Assembly: GCA_016206635.1 (NCBI GenBank)
Contig: JACQRF010000059.1
Span: 1-45,532, forward strand
Source of the DNA: Candidatus Omnitrophota bacterium
GTDB taxonomy: Bacteria; Omnitrophota; Gorgyraeia; 1-14-0-20-64-10; JACQQZ01
Direction: 5' to 3'
DNA: 45,532 nucleotides
Made by a program: the position numbers and the translations under genes. Below the pieces are notes generated by a model. That model had not been told where the DNA came from and ran no database searches. It saw only the letters and a program-made list of their open reading frames with translations. Below, in pieces: positions 10,101 through 17,069 of the stretch. Every line of letters begins with the position of its first letter. The first letter of the stretch is position 1.

Positions 10101-10559
10101 GCCGACCCCGGCGGACAGCTCTCCGGCCTTGCCCCCCTCCCAGACGTTGAACATCACGGGGTTGTAGGTGTAGATCAGGGCGGCGATCACCCCGGCCGCC
10201 GGCATCATCGGTTCCCGGCGGGCCCGTTGGAGCGCCCACACGAGACCGTAGGCGGACGCCGCCAAGCCCATGAACCACAGCACGTACGTGATCCGCTGGA
10301 CATTGAGCAGCGACGCCCCAGATCGGGCCACCAGGGCCTGGATTCCATGATAGATGAGCGACGTGGCGTAAATGGCGGATGGGCTGCCGGCGCCGAGCCG
10401 GTGGTCCCATACGTTCAGCCGGTTGAGGAAGAATCCGCCAGGGTCCAGCGGGAACACGTGGTCCCCGCCGGTGACCAGCGTGCCGTCCACGAACCACAAT
10501 AACGGCGTGAGACCAATCAGAAAGATCCAGAAGCCGCCGCGCCGGATCAGCGCGCTCAC
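7134..10559 (-). CDS. Giant polytopic GT-C-like membrane glycosyltransferase, AftD/DUF3367-like (paralog 1, 1141 aa)
   Basis: N-terminal TM followed by an acidic loop, TGGDHVFPLDPGGFFLNRLNVWDHRLGAG. Many TM segments. Motifs MRLQGLWDWYEG..PY, GAHPP...LWLAHHIPGFAAFRSPFYKF and GVRYLLVRRD, then a long extracytoplasmic C-terminal region. GTG 10559 forms a GTGA overlap with the upstream stop at 10556. The ORF-track extension to 11024 lies inside the upstream GT2. Confidence 0.65.
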   Translation of the reverse strand: MSALIRRGGFWIFLIGLTPLLWFVDGTLVTGGDHVFPLDPGGFFLNRLNVWDHRLGAGSPSAIYATSLIYHGIQALVARSGASLLNVQRITYVLWFMGLAASAYGLVWALQRARREPMMPAAGVIAALIYTYNPVMFNVWEGGKAGELSAGVGLPLVLAVLILAFHGLVAPRRAAAGLGLIAVFASEWGSPPILGMVLLVVGSYTACSVVHQWRTAGRQGVGRVAATVGWGLPVVVACSAFWWWPLFLETATRFGVQHTGVAALSNLGTVGMDNWLEGISRHTSLFNVMRLQGLWDWYEGAGSEPYVAYAMHYFRNPLLLGVGVALPVAAYGAVLLTRDFHTRWCAVMAAFMTVLACGAHPPTGGVYLWLAHHIPGFAAFRSPFYKFGLALVILYACLVSVTVRELCRRWPARRRWLIGGCAGAVVMAGFPMLTGAIFPRHDPTVLSSLKISVPAYVYEAAAWLARDAKPGRILSLPEQSSDSYTWGFASTLHLLNYLSDRSVLFASPMADTRYLEHGDQLLRQLMTDGLLRGDATPVAQIAHRLGVRYLLVRRDSTRDLAGRSDAAEQLEARLRACRGVRLSRTFGHWAFYEVDGNPAPHVELVPTTELLTGSLEAMLPLATQGALSTAPVFLKAQAIDPARYDQLPITGITWFNAQAGDTLLQQVEGIIRVPIVQNHRQTFFVPVSKDYFVGAARYLDAGSAMPLQLLVDDRIVAVQGSEPWFPPAEGWRNYGVYHLSRGTHTVNAVGFSAWNAPPTTIMVVPVDELAARMADWIPWWQAPDHALRWIFSPDIMETTLEPDPQSAPMVTMADTAARLPLGSPGADPWRAIIGGGPHWYLVNDAPGPVRCAMSFRVLSPGIERDLTLNVGAPPSPMRVLHAVGSKAQPVVVDDLIVNPGLTPVELYTPSTATASPILGSDGRYLSGTFLVSPVQVGQAVRSVAVYIPRRDQYGIQLIAMAGLDPSPPQLRLGQQALVMTKTPWGWTTAQPLTLDPGHCILTIDTPIARSACIQVASTAKPPAPPMPLAASKDSATSYRAEVVRAEPTGAFLVLRDAYHPAWELTTRFDTQSIAMEAHWEADGFSNAWWVPTLAPPQRLDLRYTIQTRFRRAAGLSAVTLLGCVLLLLAPHRQRPRRPGPP

Positions 10560-11599
10560 GAACGCTTCTCCTCGGCCTTCACATACCAGAGCAGGCCGCC
10601 CCGCCAGGCCCGATCCCAGGTTGCGGGACGCAGGAACGGCTGGAGGATTTGCCGATCCGAGCGCCGGCGGATCTGCCGTTGCACGATGCGGCGTTTCCGC
10701 CACGTGGCCGCGAGGTGCCGGACATTCCACCACCAGGCGCGGCCAATCGCGCCGGCCCGCCCGAGTTTTCCGCACAACAGCGCGGCTGCCGCAAGCGCGG
10801 CGGTCAGCGTCCCATTGACGAGCAAGACGTAACAGAGCAGCGGCCCGCCCAGATTCTTGAGGTACATCGCGAACCGGTTTTTGTGGGAGTGGAATTGGAT
10901 GACACTGAACGGCAAGGTCCGAGTCGTCGTATGCCCCACTCGGTGCTCCATGCCGGCCCCGGGAACCAGCACGATACGGAACCCGGCCAACTGGATCCGC
11001 CACGCCAGATCGGTTTCCTCGCAATATGCGAAGAATGCATCGTCAAACCCCCCGACCCGCTCGAACACGTCGCGGCGAACCAGCAGGCAGGCCCCTTTGG
11101 GGCTGAAGATCTCCACGACGGCGCGCGGATCGGTCCCGACGTCGCGCCCCCTGTGCCCGTCATGCTGGAGGAACCCGGTCCAGGTGGGAAACTCGCCGAG
11201 AGAGTCCAGCTCGCCAGGCCGACCCATCCAAAAGATTTTCGGCTGGCACGAGCCGATCGTCGGGTCCGCTTCCAATGGGGCCACCAGCCGTTCCAAGAGG
11301 TCCGGCGGCACGGTCGTGTCATCGTTCAGAAAGAGGAGATAGCGTCCTCGGGCGATGCGAGCCCCTTGATTGGCGGCCGGCGCGAACCCGAGATTCTCTG
11401 TGTTGCGGATCAACCGGATATCCGGCCGGCAGCGGGCCGCCCATTCCGCGGTGCCGTCGTGGGAACCATTATCCACCAAGATCACCTCGAACGACGGCCC
11501 GCTCAACCGCGCCACAGTCTCCACACAAGTCTGGAGCATCCCGAGATCGTCGAGGTGCGCGATAATAATGGACACGTCCGGCGGCGGCTCAGTAACCAA
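10556..11599 (-). CDS. GT2 glycosyltransferase (WbbL/rhamnosyltransferase-like architecture) with a hydrophobic C-terminal extension
   Basis: VSIIIAHLDD, FEVILVDNGSHDGT, NLGFAPAANQG, LFLNDDT (DxD), CEETDLAWR. Paralog of 37713..38729. The start is uncertain: the track start at 11599 is TTG, and GTG at 11575 is an alternative. Confidence 0.8.
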   Translation of the reverse strand: MVTEPPPDVSIIIAHLDDLGMLQTCVETVARLSGPSFEVILVDNGSHDGTAEWAARCRPDIRLIRNTENLGFAPAANQGARIARGRYLLFLNDDTTVPPDLLERLVAPLEADPTIGSCQPKIFWMGRPGELDSLGEFPTWTGFLQHDGHRGRDVGTDPRAVVEIFSPKGACLLVRRDVFERVGGFDDAFFAYCEETDLAWRIQLAGFRIVLVPGAGMEHRVGHTTTRTLPFSVIQFHSHKNRFAMYLKNLGGPLLCYVLLVNGTLTAALAAAALLCGKLGRAGAIGRAWWWNVRHLAATWRKRRIVQRQIRRRSDRQILQPFLRPATWDRAWRGGLLWYVKAEEKRS

Positions 11600-13319
11600 T
11601 GGCTACCTGATAAAGGGTTGCGTCGTCGAACCGGCCGATGAGCTCCCAGCCGTTCTGCAACGTCAAGGTCGGTGGCGTTCTCGGTTCCCATGCGTGACGG
11701 TTCGGCACGTGATAGGTCACACCGAAGAGGGAGATGACAGCGGGAGCAGCGCTGATTGGCCGAGCGTACCATGCCGGGTGGACGATAATGTACCGTACCC
11801 CCGCGGCCGCAAGTTGGCGACGCACTGCCGGGCTGCCGGGGTCCGCCCAGGCGCGATCCGGAAGCGGCCCATCGTTCAATAGCGGCTTGCGGTGGAGGCG
11901 AGACCAAAACATGTACTCGGCATGTACATCGGTATCGATCCCGCGCCACGGATATTCCACGACGGTGCCCCCACCCGGTTCCTGGGCCAACCAGGCATAG
12001 ACGGGCGGGACCCGCGACACGTCCCGTACCTGCAGGCCCGGTAGGAACTCGATCAAGATCACCCCACCGAGCCCCCATGCGATCGCCCGATGGACCCACA
12101 CGCGTCGGATCGGCTCCAGCAATGCCCTGACACCAAACGCGGCGAGCACGGCCGCGGCGAGCATTACAACGAGCCCGAATCGCGCGTAGACCCTCAGCCA
12201 CGGCAGGAGGTGCTGCAGGAGGAACGACGGGAAATACACCTTGGCGGGCGCGACGACGGTATTGTTGATGATCTGAAATGATCCGAGCGGCACGAATGGC
12301 GGCGCCGAGCACAGCAAGGCGATGACGCTGGCCCCGGCCATCCATCGGATGACGCGCGCCTCCTGCGGCGTCCGGGCGCCGCGGAACAGTCCGACGACGG
12401 CCAGCGCGATGACGCCGTAGCCGAGAAACAGCGTTTGCTCCACCACATTGCTGCCGTACCAATGGGATCGAACGAATGGCGCCACGGCATCGCCCCACCA
12501 CGGATGATACGGCGACGGCGCCAAGTAATCCCACGGTTTCGCCGAGTACACGAAGAGGTCCTTCAGCCCCCACGTCAGCGTCAGCGGATGGACGCCGCCG
12601 GGCCTGAGTCCAGACCACAGGACGGCGAGGCCTGCCGCGCCGGTGACGCCGAGGAGGCCCAGCCACCCGCGCCGGCGCGCCGGGTCAGGCCACGCGAGCC
12701 CCGCGCCCAGCACGCCCAGCAGCAGGAACGTGAACAATCCATAATGTGGATTCCAGGAGCCCGCCCAGACCGCGAGACCCGCGCACGCCAGCCAGCGCCC
12801 GCGGCTCGGCCGCTCCACCCAACGCCACAGGCTCCACGGAATCAGCGGCAGCCATTGGATCGACGCCAAGCTCAATTGGGTCGTGTGGGCGAAATGATAA
12901 GGACAGAAGGCATACGCCACGCCGGCCACCACGCTGGCGGCCCGGTCGCCGGTGAGCGACCGGCACAGCAGATACATGCTCAAGCCGGCCATGGGGAAGC
13001 TTAGCCATAGGAGGAGATTGTAGGCGAAGACCTCGTGCATCGCGACGCTCAACGCCAGGAGACACACTTCCAGCATCGGCTCAAGCCCCCACATCCAGGC
13101 CGGAGCGATCAGACTCTGATGAGGGGCCACCCAAGCTTGTTGATGCATCCACACGTTGACGATCCCAAACATCGCGTCGCCCGGGCTGCCGTAATAGACC
13201 AGGACGCGGCCGAGATTCCACCCCAGCGGGGCGGTCATCCACCAGGCGAGGCCTGCGAAGAGCGCGATGAGGCCGAGCGGCCATTTCCAAGCGGCGGCTG
13301 CCGCGTTAGCGCGTGGCAT
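11589..13319 (-). CDS. Polytopic membrane protein, GT-C-like (YfhO/ArnT-superfamily-like) with a C-terminal extracytoplasmic domain
   Basis: At least 10 predicted hydrophobic segments. Motifs GSPGDAMFGIVNVWMHQQAW, AYAFCPYHFAHTTQLSLASIQWLPL and C-terminal GVRYIIVHPAWY. ATG 13319 overlaps the upstream stop (13306) by 14 nt. The function call is tentative. Confidence 0.55.
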   Translation of the reverse strand: MPRANAAAAAWKWPLGLIALFAGLAWWMTAPLGWNLGRVLVYYGSPGDAMFGIVNVWMHQQAWVAPHQSLIAPAWMWGLEPMLEVCLLALSVAMHEVFAYNLLLWLSFPMAGLSMYLLCRSLTGDRAASVVAGVAYAFCPYHFAHTTQLSLASIQWLPLIPWSLWRWVERPSRGRWLACAGLAVWAGSWNPHYGLFTFLLLGVLGAGLAWPDPARRRGWLGLLGVTGAAGLAVLWSGLRPGGVHPLTLTWGLKDLFVYSAKPWDYLAPSPYHPWWGDAVAPFVRSHWYGSNVVEQTLFLGYGVIALAVVGLFRGARTPQEARVIRWMAGASVIALLCSAPPFVPLGSFQIINNTVVAPAKVYFPSFLLQHLLPWLRVYARFGLVVMLAAAVLAAFGVRALLEPIRRVWVHRAIAWGLGGVILIEFLPGLQVRDVSRVPPVYAWLAQEPGGGTVVEYPWRGIDTDVHAEYMFWSRLHRKPLLNDGPLPDRAWADPGSPAVRRQLAAAGVRYIIVHPAWYARPISAAPAVISLFGVTYHVPNRHAWEPRTPPTLTLQNGWELIGRFDDATLYQVAIGY

Positions 13320-14631
13320 CGTGTTCGGTGGACATCTCGTCTCCATCGCGCAAGGCCCGCCACGCATACAGGGTGACACTGATCAGGATGGCTACCCATG
13401 CGGCGTCTTCGAATGGTGTCGCCCATGCTGTCCATCGCAGCCAGCGGCTCAGCCAGGAAGCGGCCAGCAACCACGCAAAGATCGTCAGATACCCGGACGC
13501 CGATTGGCGCCGCCACACCCACCGCAGGAACGCCAACAGCGCGATGGGGATCGCCCGGCTGATGATCCACCACGCGGCGCGCGCGATCGCCAGCGCCGCC
13601 CGCCGCGCCAGCCACCGCATCACGCCCCAGACGATCCCTGCGCCCTCGCGTACGCGACGCCAGCCGATCCTGCGCGAGTCGGCCATTGCTGTGCGAGCGC
13701 CTCGGAAACCCTTCGGGGCGCTGAGCTGCCGTCCCACCACCAGGGAGTCGTACCATTTCGGGAACGCGGTTCGGCACCGACGGATGAAGCTGAGGAGGCC
13801 CCGAATGACGAGCACGACCATTGCGAACGTCCCGACCAGGCCGCCCCATAGCGCGAGGGGAAGCCGCAGCGACCAACCCGACAGCAGGACGATGCGGTAT
13901 TCGGTCACCCACGACAGTCCGTGCAGCATCATCAGCGCGATGCCGGCGACCCACGCCACCCCGCCAGCCGCCGGCGCCGCCAGCGCCCAGCCCAGGAGGC
14001 GCGCCGCCGCGAGCGTCCCGGCCATCCACGCGCCGAGCAAGAGCCCCCAACGACAGAGCCAGGCGGCGACCGGCGCCGAGATCCGGCGCTCTGAGGGATC
14101 TTGGAATAGCAGATACCCCGCCCGCTCCACAATCGGCGCCCGGTAGTTGGTCAGCTTGATTTGCTCGTGCCGCACAGTCTTCGGCGTCCCGCTGTTCAGG
14201 AAGGTCACGACGTTATCGCCGGGCCGCGTGACGCCGGCGGGCACCTGGACGAGAAACTTCTCGGCGCGGCCGCCGTGGGCGCCGTGGACGGTGGTGAGCC
14301 GCTCACCGTTCCAGTGGATCTCCGCCGCTTGCCCGCCGGCGCCGAACGCCAGTTTCATCTTGGCCACGTACGACCCGCGGCGCGGCAGCGGGACGACGAC
14401 TTGCACTGGGCCGCCACGGTCCATCACGTCCACGACCGCCGGGTATTTGGGGTTGCGCACCAGAATCTCAGCCCCAGAGACCGACGATTCAGCCACGGCG
14501 CGCCGGGACAGATCGAGCTCCGAGACCCATGGGGTGAAACCGGAGGGGGCGTCCAATCCCACGGCGGCGTACGCGCCGATCGCCGCCGCCGCGGCCAACC
14601 CGGCCCACCACCGCCACGTCATCGCGCCCAT
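13306..14631 (-). CDS. Uncharacterised membrane protein: signal anchor, beta-rich extracytoplasmic domain and multi-TM/basic region; stand-alone paralog of the C-terminal module of 863..3091
   Basis: MGAMTWRWWAGLAAAAAIGAYAAVGLDAPSGFTPWVSELD..., IHWNGERLTTV, DNVVTFLNSG...IKLTNYRA, FLRWVWRRQ. All of these align with aa ~355-690 of the GT2 fusion protein. ATG 14631 lies 1 nt after the upstream stop (14633). An alternative ATG lies at 14622. Confidence 0.75.
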   Translation of the reverse strand: MGAMTWRWWAGLAAAAAIGAYAAVGLDAPSGFTPWVSELDLSRRAVAESSVSGAEILVRNPKYPAVVDVMDRGGPVQVVVPLPRRGSYVAKMKLAFGAGGQAAEIHWNGERLTTVHGAHGGRAEKFLVQVPAGVTRPGDNVVTFLNSGTPKTVRHEQIKLTNYRAPIVERAGYLLFQDPSERRISAPVAAWLCRWGLLLGAWMAGTLAAARLLGWALAAPAAGGVAWVAGIALMMLHGLSWVTEYRIVLLSGWSLRLPLALWGGLVGTFAMVVLVIRGLLSFIRRCRTAFPKWYDSLVVGRQLSAPKGFRGARTAMADSRRIGWRRVREGAGIVWGVMRWLARRAALAIARAAWWIISRAIPIALLAFLRWVWRRQSASGYLTIFAWLLAASWLSRWLRWTAWATPFEDAAWVAILISVTLYAWRALRDGDEMSTEHDATR

Positions 14632-14632
14632 G

Positions 14633-15829
14633 CTAGATGCTCCTCGGGCGCCGCAGGACAATCACGACTAGTCCAATCGTCACGACTGTAATGCCCAACC
14701 CTTGCCAAAACACGACCGGTTGATATCGCAATTCCACGGTGTGTTCACCGCGGCCCCGCACGAGGAGGCCCCGAATAATGCCGTCCGCCATGTAGAGCGT
14801 CGCCGGGCGCCCGTTCACGGTGGCCTTCCACCCGGGGAAATAAGTGGCGCTGACCACCACTGGCGTGACGCCGGCCTGCGTGGTCACGCGGAACCGCCAC
14901 CGGCTGGGTTCTTGGGCCACGATTTCGACGCGGGCCGGGGCGGGCGTGACGTCGGGGGTCGCGAATAGTTCGGCGAGCTGATCCCGGCTGTCCGACGAGA
15001 GGCGTTTCGCGGCAAAATAGTCGGTCGTGATCGAGTGCGTTACGAGCCCCGGTTGGGAATAGCGGTAGCCGCTGTACGCCAGTTCAATGACGCGGCCGCC
15101 GCCGGCTCGGTACGCGTCTAATAACGCCTCGACCTTCTCCCGATTCCACGCCCTCGGTCTGGCCAACAGGACCGCCTGAAATGGCTGGAGATCCTCCACG
15201 GTCAGCAAATCCAGCATATCCACTGGGCTTCGGAATATGGCCCACTGCGCCGGATCGAACACAGGATGGAAAAGCGCCAGGCGGGCCTCCGTACCATTCC
15301 AATCGTACTCTTGGTCTTTGCCGATGAGCAAGGCGGCTCGCGACGGGGTCCAAGCCCGAGGGAGCCACGACGTCAGCTCGTACAGCGTGAGGTCGCCGTC
15401 CCGCCGCACGACGCGGGTCTGCGGGCTGGCGAAGTCCCGCATCGAGGGGCGCGCGAGGAGGTAGCGCGCGTTGAGGATGCGGAAAATCTTGAGGCTCCGC
15501 GCCAGCTCTTCCGGGTCCTGGAGATTATGGAACGACGGGGAATGATGATACCGGGGGGCGAACCCGCTGTGCGTCGAAAACATCATGACGTCATAGCCGC
15601 TCCGGAACGCCGTGTACGGATAGATAGTCTCGGGGACGTCCCCGTTATACACGCGGAAGGTATCGGCGCCGTGCTGACGCGCCAAGCCGGCCAGCACGGC
15701 GTTCCACCCTGTCCCCGGCACGAACCGTTGGTACGGGTACCGCGCGAGATACACTTGCCGGGGGATGACCACGCACGCGGCGGCGGCGGCGAGCGTGGCG
15801 GCGCCCAGGGACGTGACCCACCGCCTCAT
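14633..15829 (-). CDS. YfhO-like protein, C-terminal (extracytoplasmic) half encoded as a separate gene
   Basis: MRRWVTSLGAATLAAAAACVV anchor, then a domain colinear with aa ~430-815 of the fused paralog 25055..27502: FRILNARYLLARPS, FHPVFDPAQWAIF, YFPGWKATVNGRPA, GRGEHTVELRYQPV and a terminal TM. ATG 15829 forms an ATGA overlap with the stop of the N-terminal-half gene (15826). Confidence 0.75.
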   Translation of the reverse strand: MRRWVTSLGAATLAAAAACVVIPRQVYLARYPYQRFVPGTGWNAVLAGLARQHGADTFRVYNGDVPETIYPYTAFRSGYDVMMFSTHSGFAPRYHHSPSFHNLQDPEELARSLKIFRILNARYLLARPSMRDFASPQTRVVRRDGDLTLYELTSWLPRAWTPSRAALLIGKDQEYDWNGTEARLALFHPVFDPAQWAIFRSPVDMLDLLTVEDLQPFQAVLLARPRAWNREKVEALLDAYRAGGGRVIELAYSGYRYSQPGLVTHSITTDYFAAKRLSSDSRDQLAELFATPDVTPAPARVEIVAQEPSRWRFRVTTQAGVTPVVVSATYFPGWKATVNGRPATLYMADGIIRGLLVRGRGEHTVELRYQPVVFWQGLGITVVTIGLVVIVLRRPRSI

Positions 15830-17010
15830 CCTGTCCACTCCGGTTGTTGAGCCCCTCCCTGCGCCTGGGTTACCCCCAGCGCCGCCAGGAGCGGGAATGT
15901 CAGGTATGCGATGCTTAGCACGCGGTCGGCATACGGCGTGTACCGGAAGTTCGGCATCACCCGGCACAACACCTCGAACAAATCCAGCGGCGCCCGCGGA
16001 CCCATCGCGATCCACCCGACCAGAACGGTCAGCGCGCCGAAGATCAGCGCCGGGCGCCGGAACGGGGACGGCCGCCGAGCCGACCACGCCAGCCAGAGGA
16101 CCGCCGCCGCATACGCGATGTTCACCCACCCTCCGAGCCACGAGGGTTGAGGGCCGAAGAACTGCGTGATCAGCCGGCCGATTTCCGGCCAAGTGGTGAA
16201 GCCGCCGTATTCCATGCCGACCCACTCGAGCACCTCAATGTCGAAGCGGGTCCGGGTCGTGTACGGGGCATACTGCAGGATTGGCAACAGCTTGATCGCC
16301 CCCACTCCCGCGGCGAACCCGAACACCCAGCAGACATGGCGGATCATCTGCCAGACCCGCAGGGGCCACGGCCGCTCGGCGGTGGCGGCGGCCAACGCGA
16401 TGATGATGGCCGAGGCGAGAAGGGTAAACTGCATCTCGTACGTTGTGCCGGCCAGGATCTGGCCGGCCAGGCAGATGGCTGACCCCAACAGCCACCGGCG
16501 GTCATCCCGCATGGCGCCCCGCCACAGGCAGGCCAGCCCCCATGGGGTCAGCGCCATTGCGTAGAACGTCTGGACGACGCCGTTGGCCAATTGTTGAGTC
16601 ACCCAAGGGTTGAACAAGTAGCCGGTGGGGACAAGGCACGCCGCCAGGCGGGAGGCCCCGACCCACCGCGCGAGGGTGTAGGCGCCGGCCGCCGCGGCCA
16701 ACAGATGGAGATAGGCCATCCAACGGATCGCGAGCGTATCGTGGGTGAACAGAAATGTCAGCCACATCGGTGGATAAAACTGTCCGGCCAGCGGATACTC
16801 CAGCAACGGTTCCCCGGCGCCGCTGAATGGGTTCCACAGCGGGAGGTCGTGCAGGGTGAATACCAGATGCTTGGCGACCAGGTAGGGATACCCGACAAAC
16901 GCCTGGGATTCTCCAAACAACGTATCGGGGGAGACCATCACCAGCGGGCTCAGCAAAACCGCCGTTACGGCAACGATGCTCCACAGGACCCACCGTTCTC
17001 GAATCGTCAT
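15826..17010 (-). CDS. YfhO-like GT-C membrane protein, N-terminal polytopic half
   Basis: Colinear with the N-terminal half of 25055..27502: LSPLVMV...FVGYPYLVAKHL..LHDLPLWNPF..GQFYPPMW..YLHLLAAAAGAYTLARWVG..WGLACLWRG. The start at ATG 17010 has a GAGG 8 nt upstream and fits the paralog alignment. ATG 17031 and GTG 17091 are alternatives. Confidence 0.75.
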   Translation of the reverse strand: MTIRERWVLWSIVAVTAVLLSPLVMVSPDTLFGESQAFVGYPYLVAKHLVFTLHDLPLWNPFSGAGEPLLEYPLAGQFYPPMWLTFLFTHDTLAIRWMAYLHLLAAAAGAYTLARWVGASRLAACLVPTGYLFNPWVTQQLANGVVQTFYAMALTPWGLACLWRGAMRDDRRWLLGSAICLAGQILAGTTYEMQFTLLASAIIIALAAATAERPWPLRVWQMIRHVCWVFGFAAGVGAIKLLPILQYAPYTTRTRFDIEVLEWVGMEYGGFTTWPEIGRLITQFFGPQPSWLGGWVNIAYAAAVLWLAWSARRPSPFRRPALIFGALTVLVGWIAMGPRAPLDLFEVLCRVMPNFRYTPYADRVLSIAYLTFPLLAALGVTQAQGGAQQPEWTG

Positions 17011-17039
17011 GCGCTGTGCCTCGCTAGACATAGCTTGTG

Positions 17040-17048
17040 ATTGTAACA
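17040..17048 (-). promoter_or_regulatory. Candidate extended -10 promoter element (TGTTACAAT) in the only sizeable intergenic gap
   Basis: The minus-strand gap reads ctgaacgtccccttccggccgTGTTACAATcacaagctATG... It is locally AT-rich in an otherwise GC-rich window. No convincing -35 element. The element lies 8 nt upstream of ATG 17031. Confidence 0.25.
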
Positions 17049-17069
17049 CGGCCGGAAGGGGACGTTCAG

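Noticed and set aside
7134-10559. Calling the locus a mycobacterial-type arabinogalactan/LAM cluster because of the AftD-like proteins.
   Set aside because: No Emb/AftA/AftB/AftC signatures are visible, nor a UbiA-type DPPR synthase, DprE1/DprE2 or galactofuranosyl enzymes. The YfhO-like and Arn-like components point to different chemistry. Only the GT-C logic is shared.
10560-11024. 5' extensions of minus-strand ORF-track models, for example 7134-11024, 863-3685, 3088-4503, 17070-19139, 32840-36448, 35992-38142 and 42631-44124.
   Set aside because: The extensions run in another frame through the upstream gene and are Arg/Pro/Gly-rich. In each case a start codon forming an ATGA/GTGA overlap with the upstream stop coincides with the beginning of the recognisable domain.
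15820-15835. The split YfhO-like gene as a frameshifted pseudogene.
   Set aside because: The junction is a clean ATGA overlap. The break falls between TM helices and both halves keep long intact ORFs with conserved motifs. I kept it as two genes but flagged it for read-level verification.
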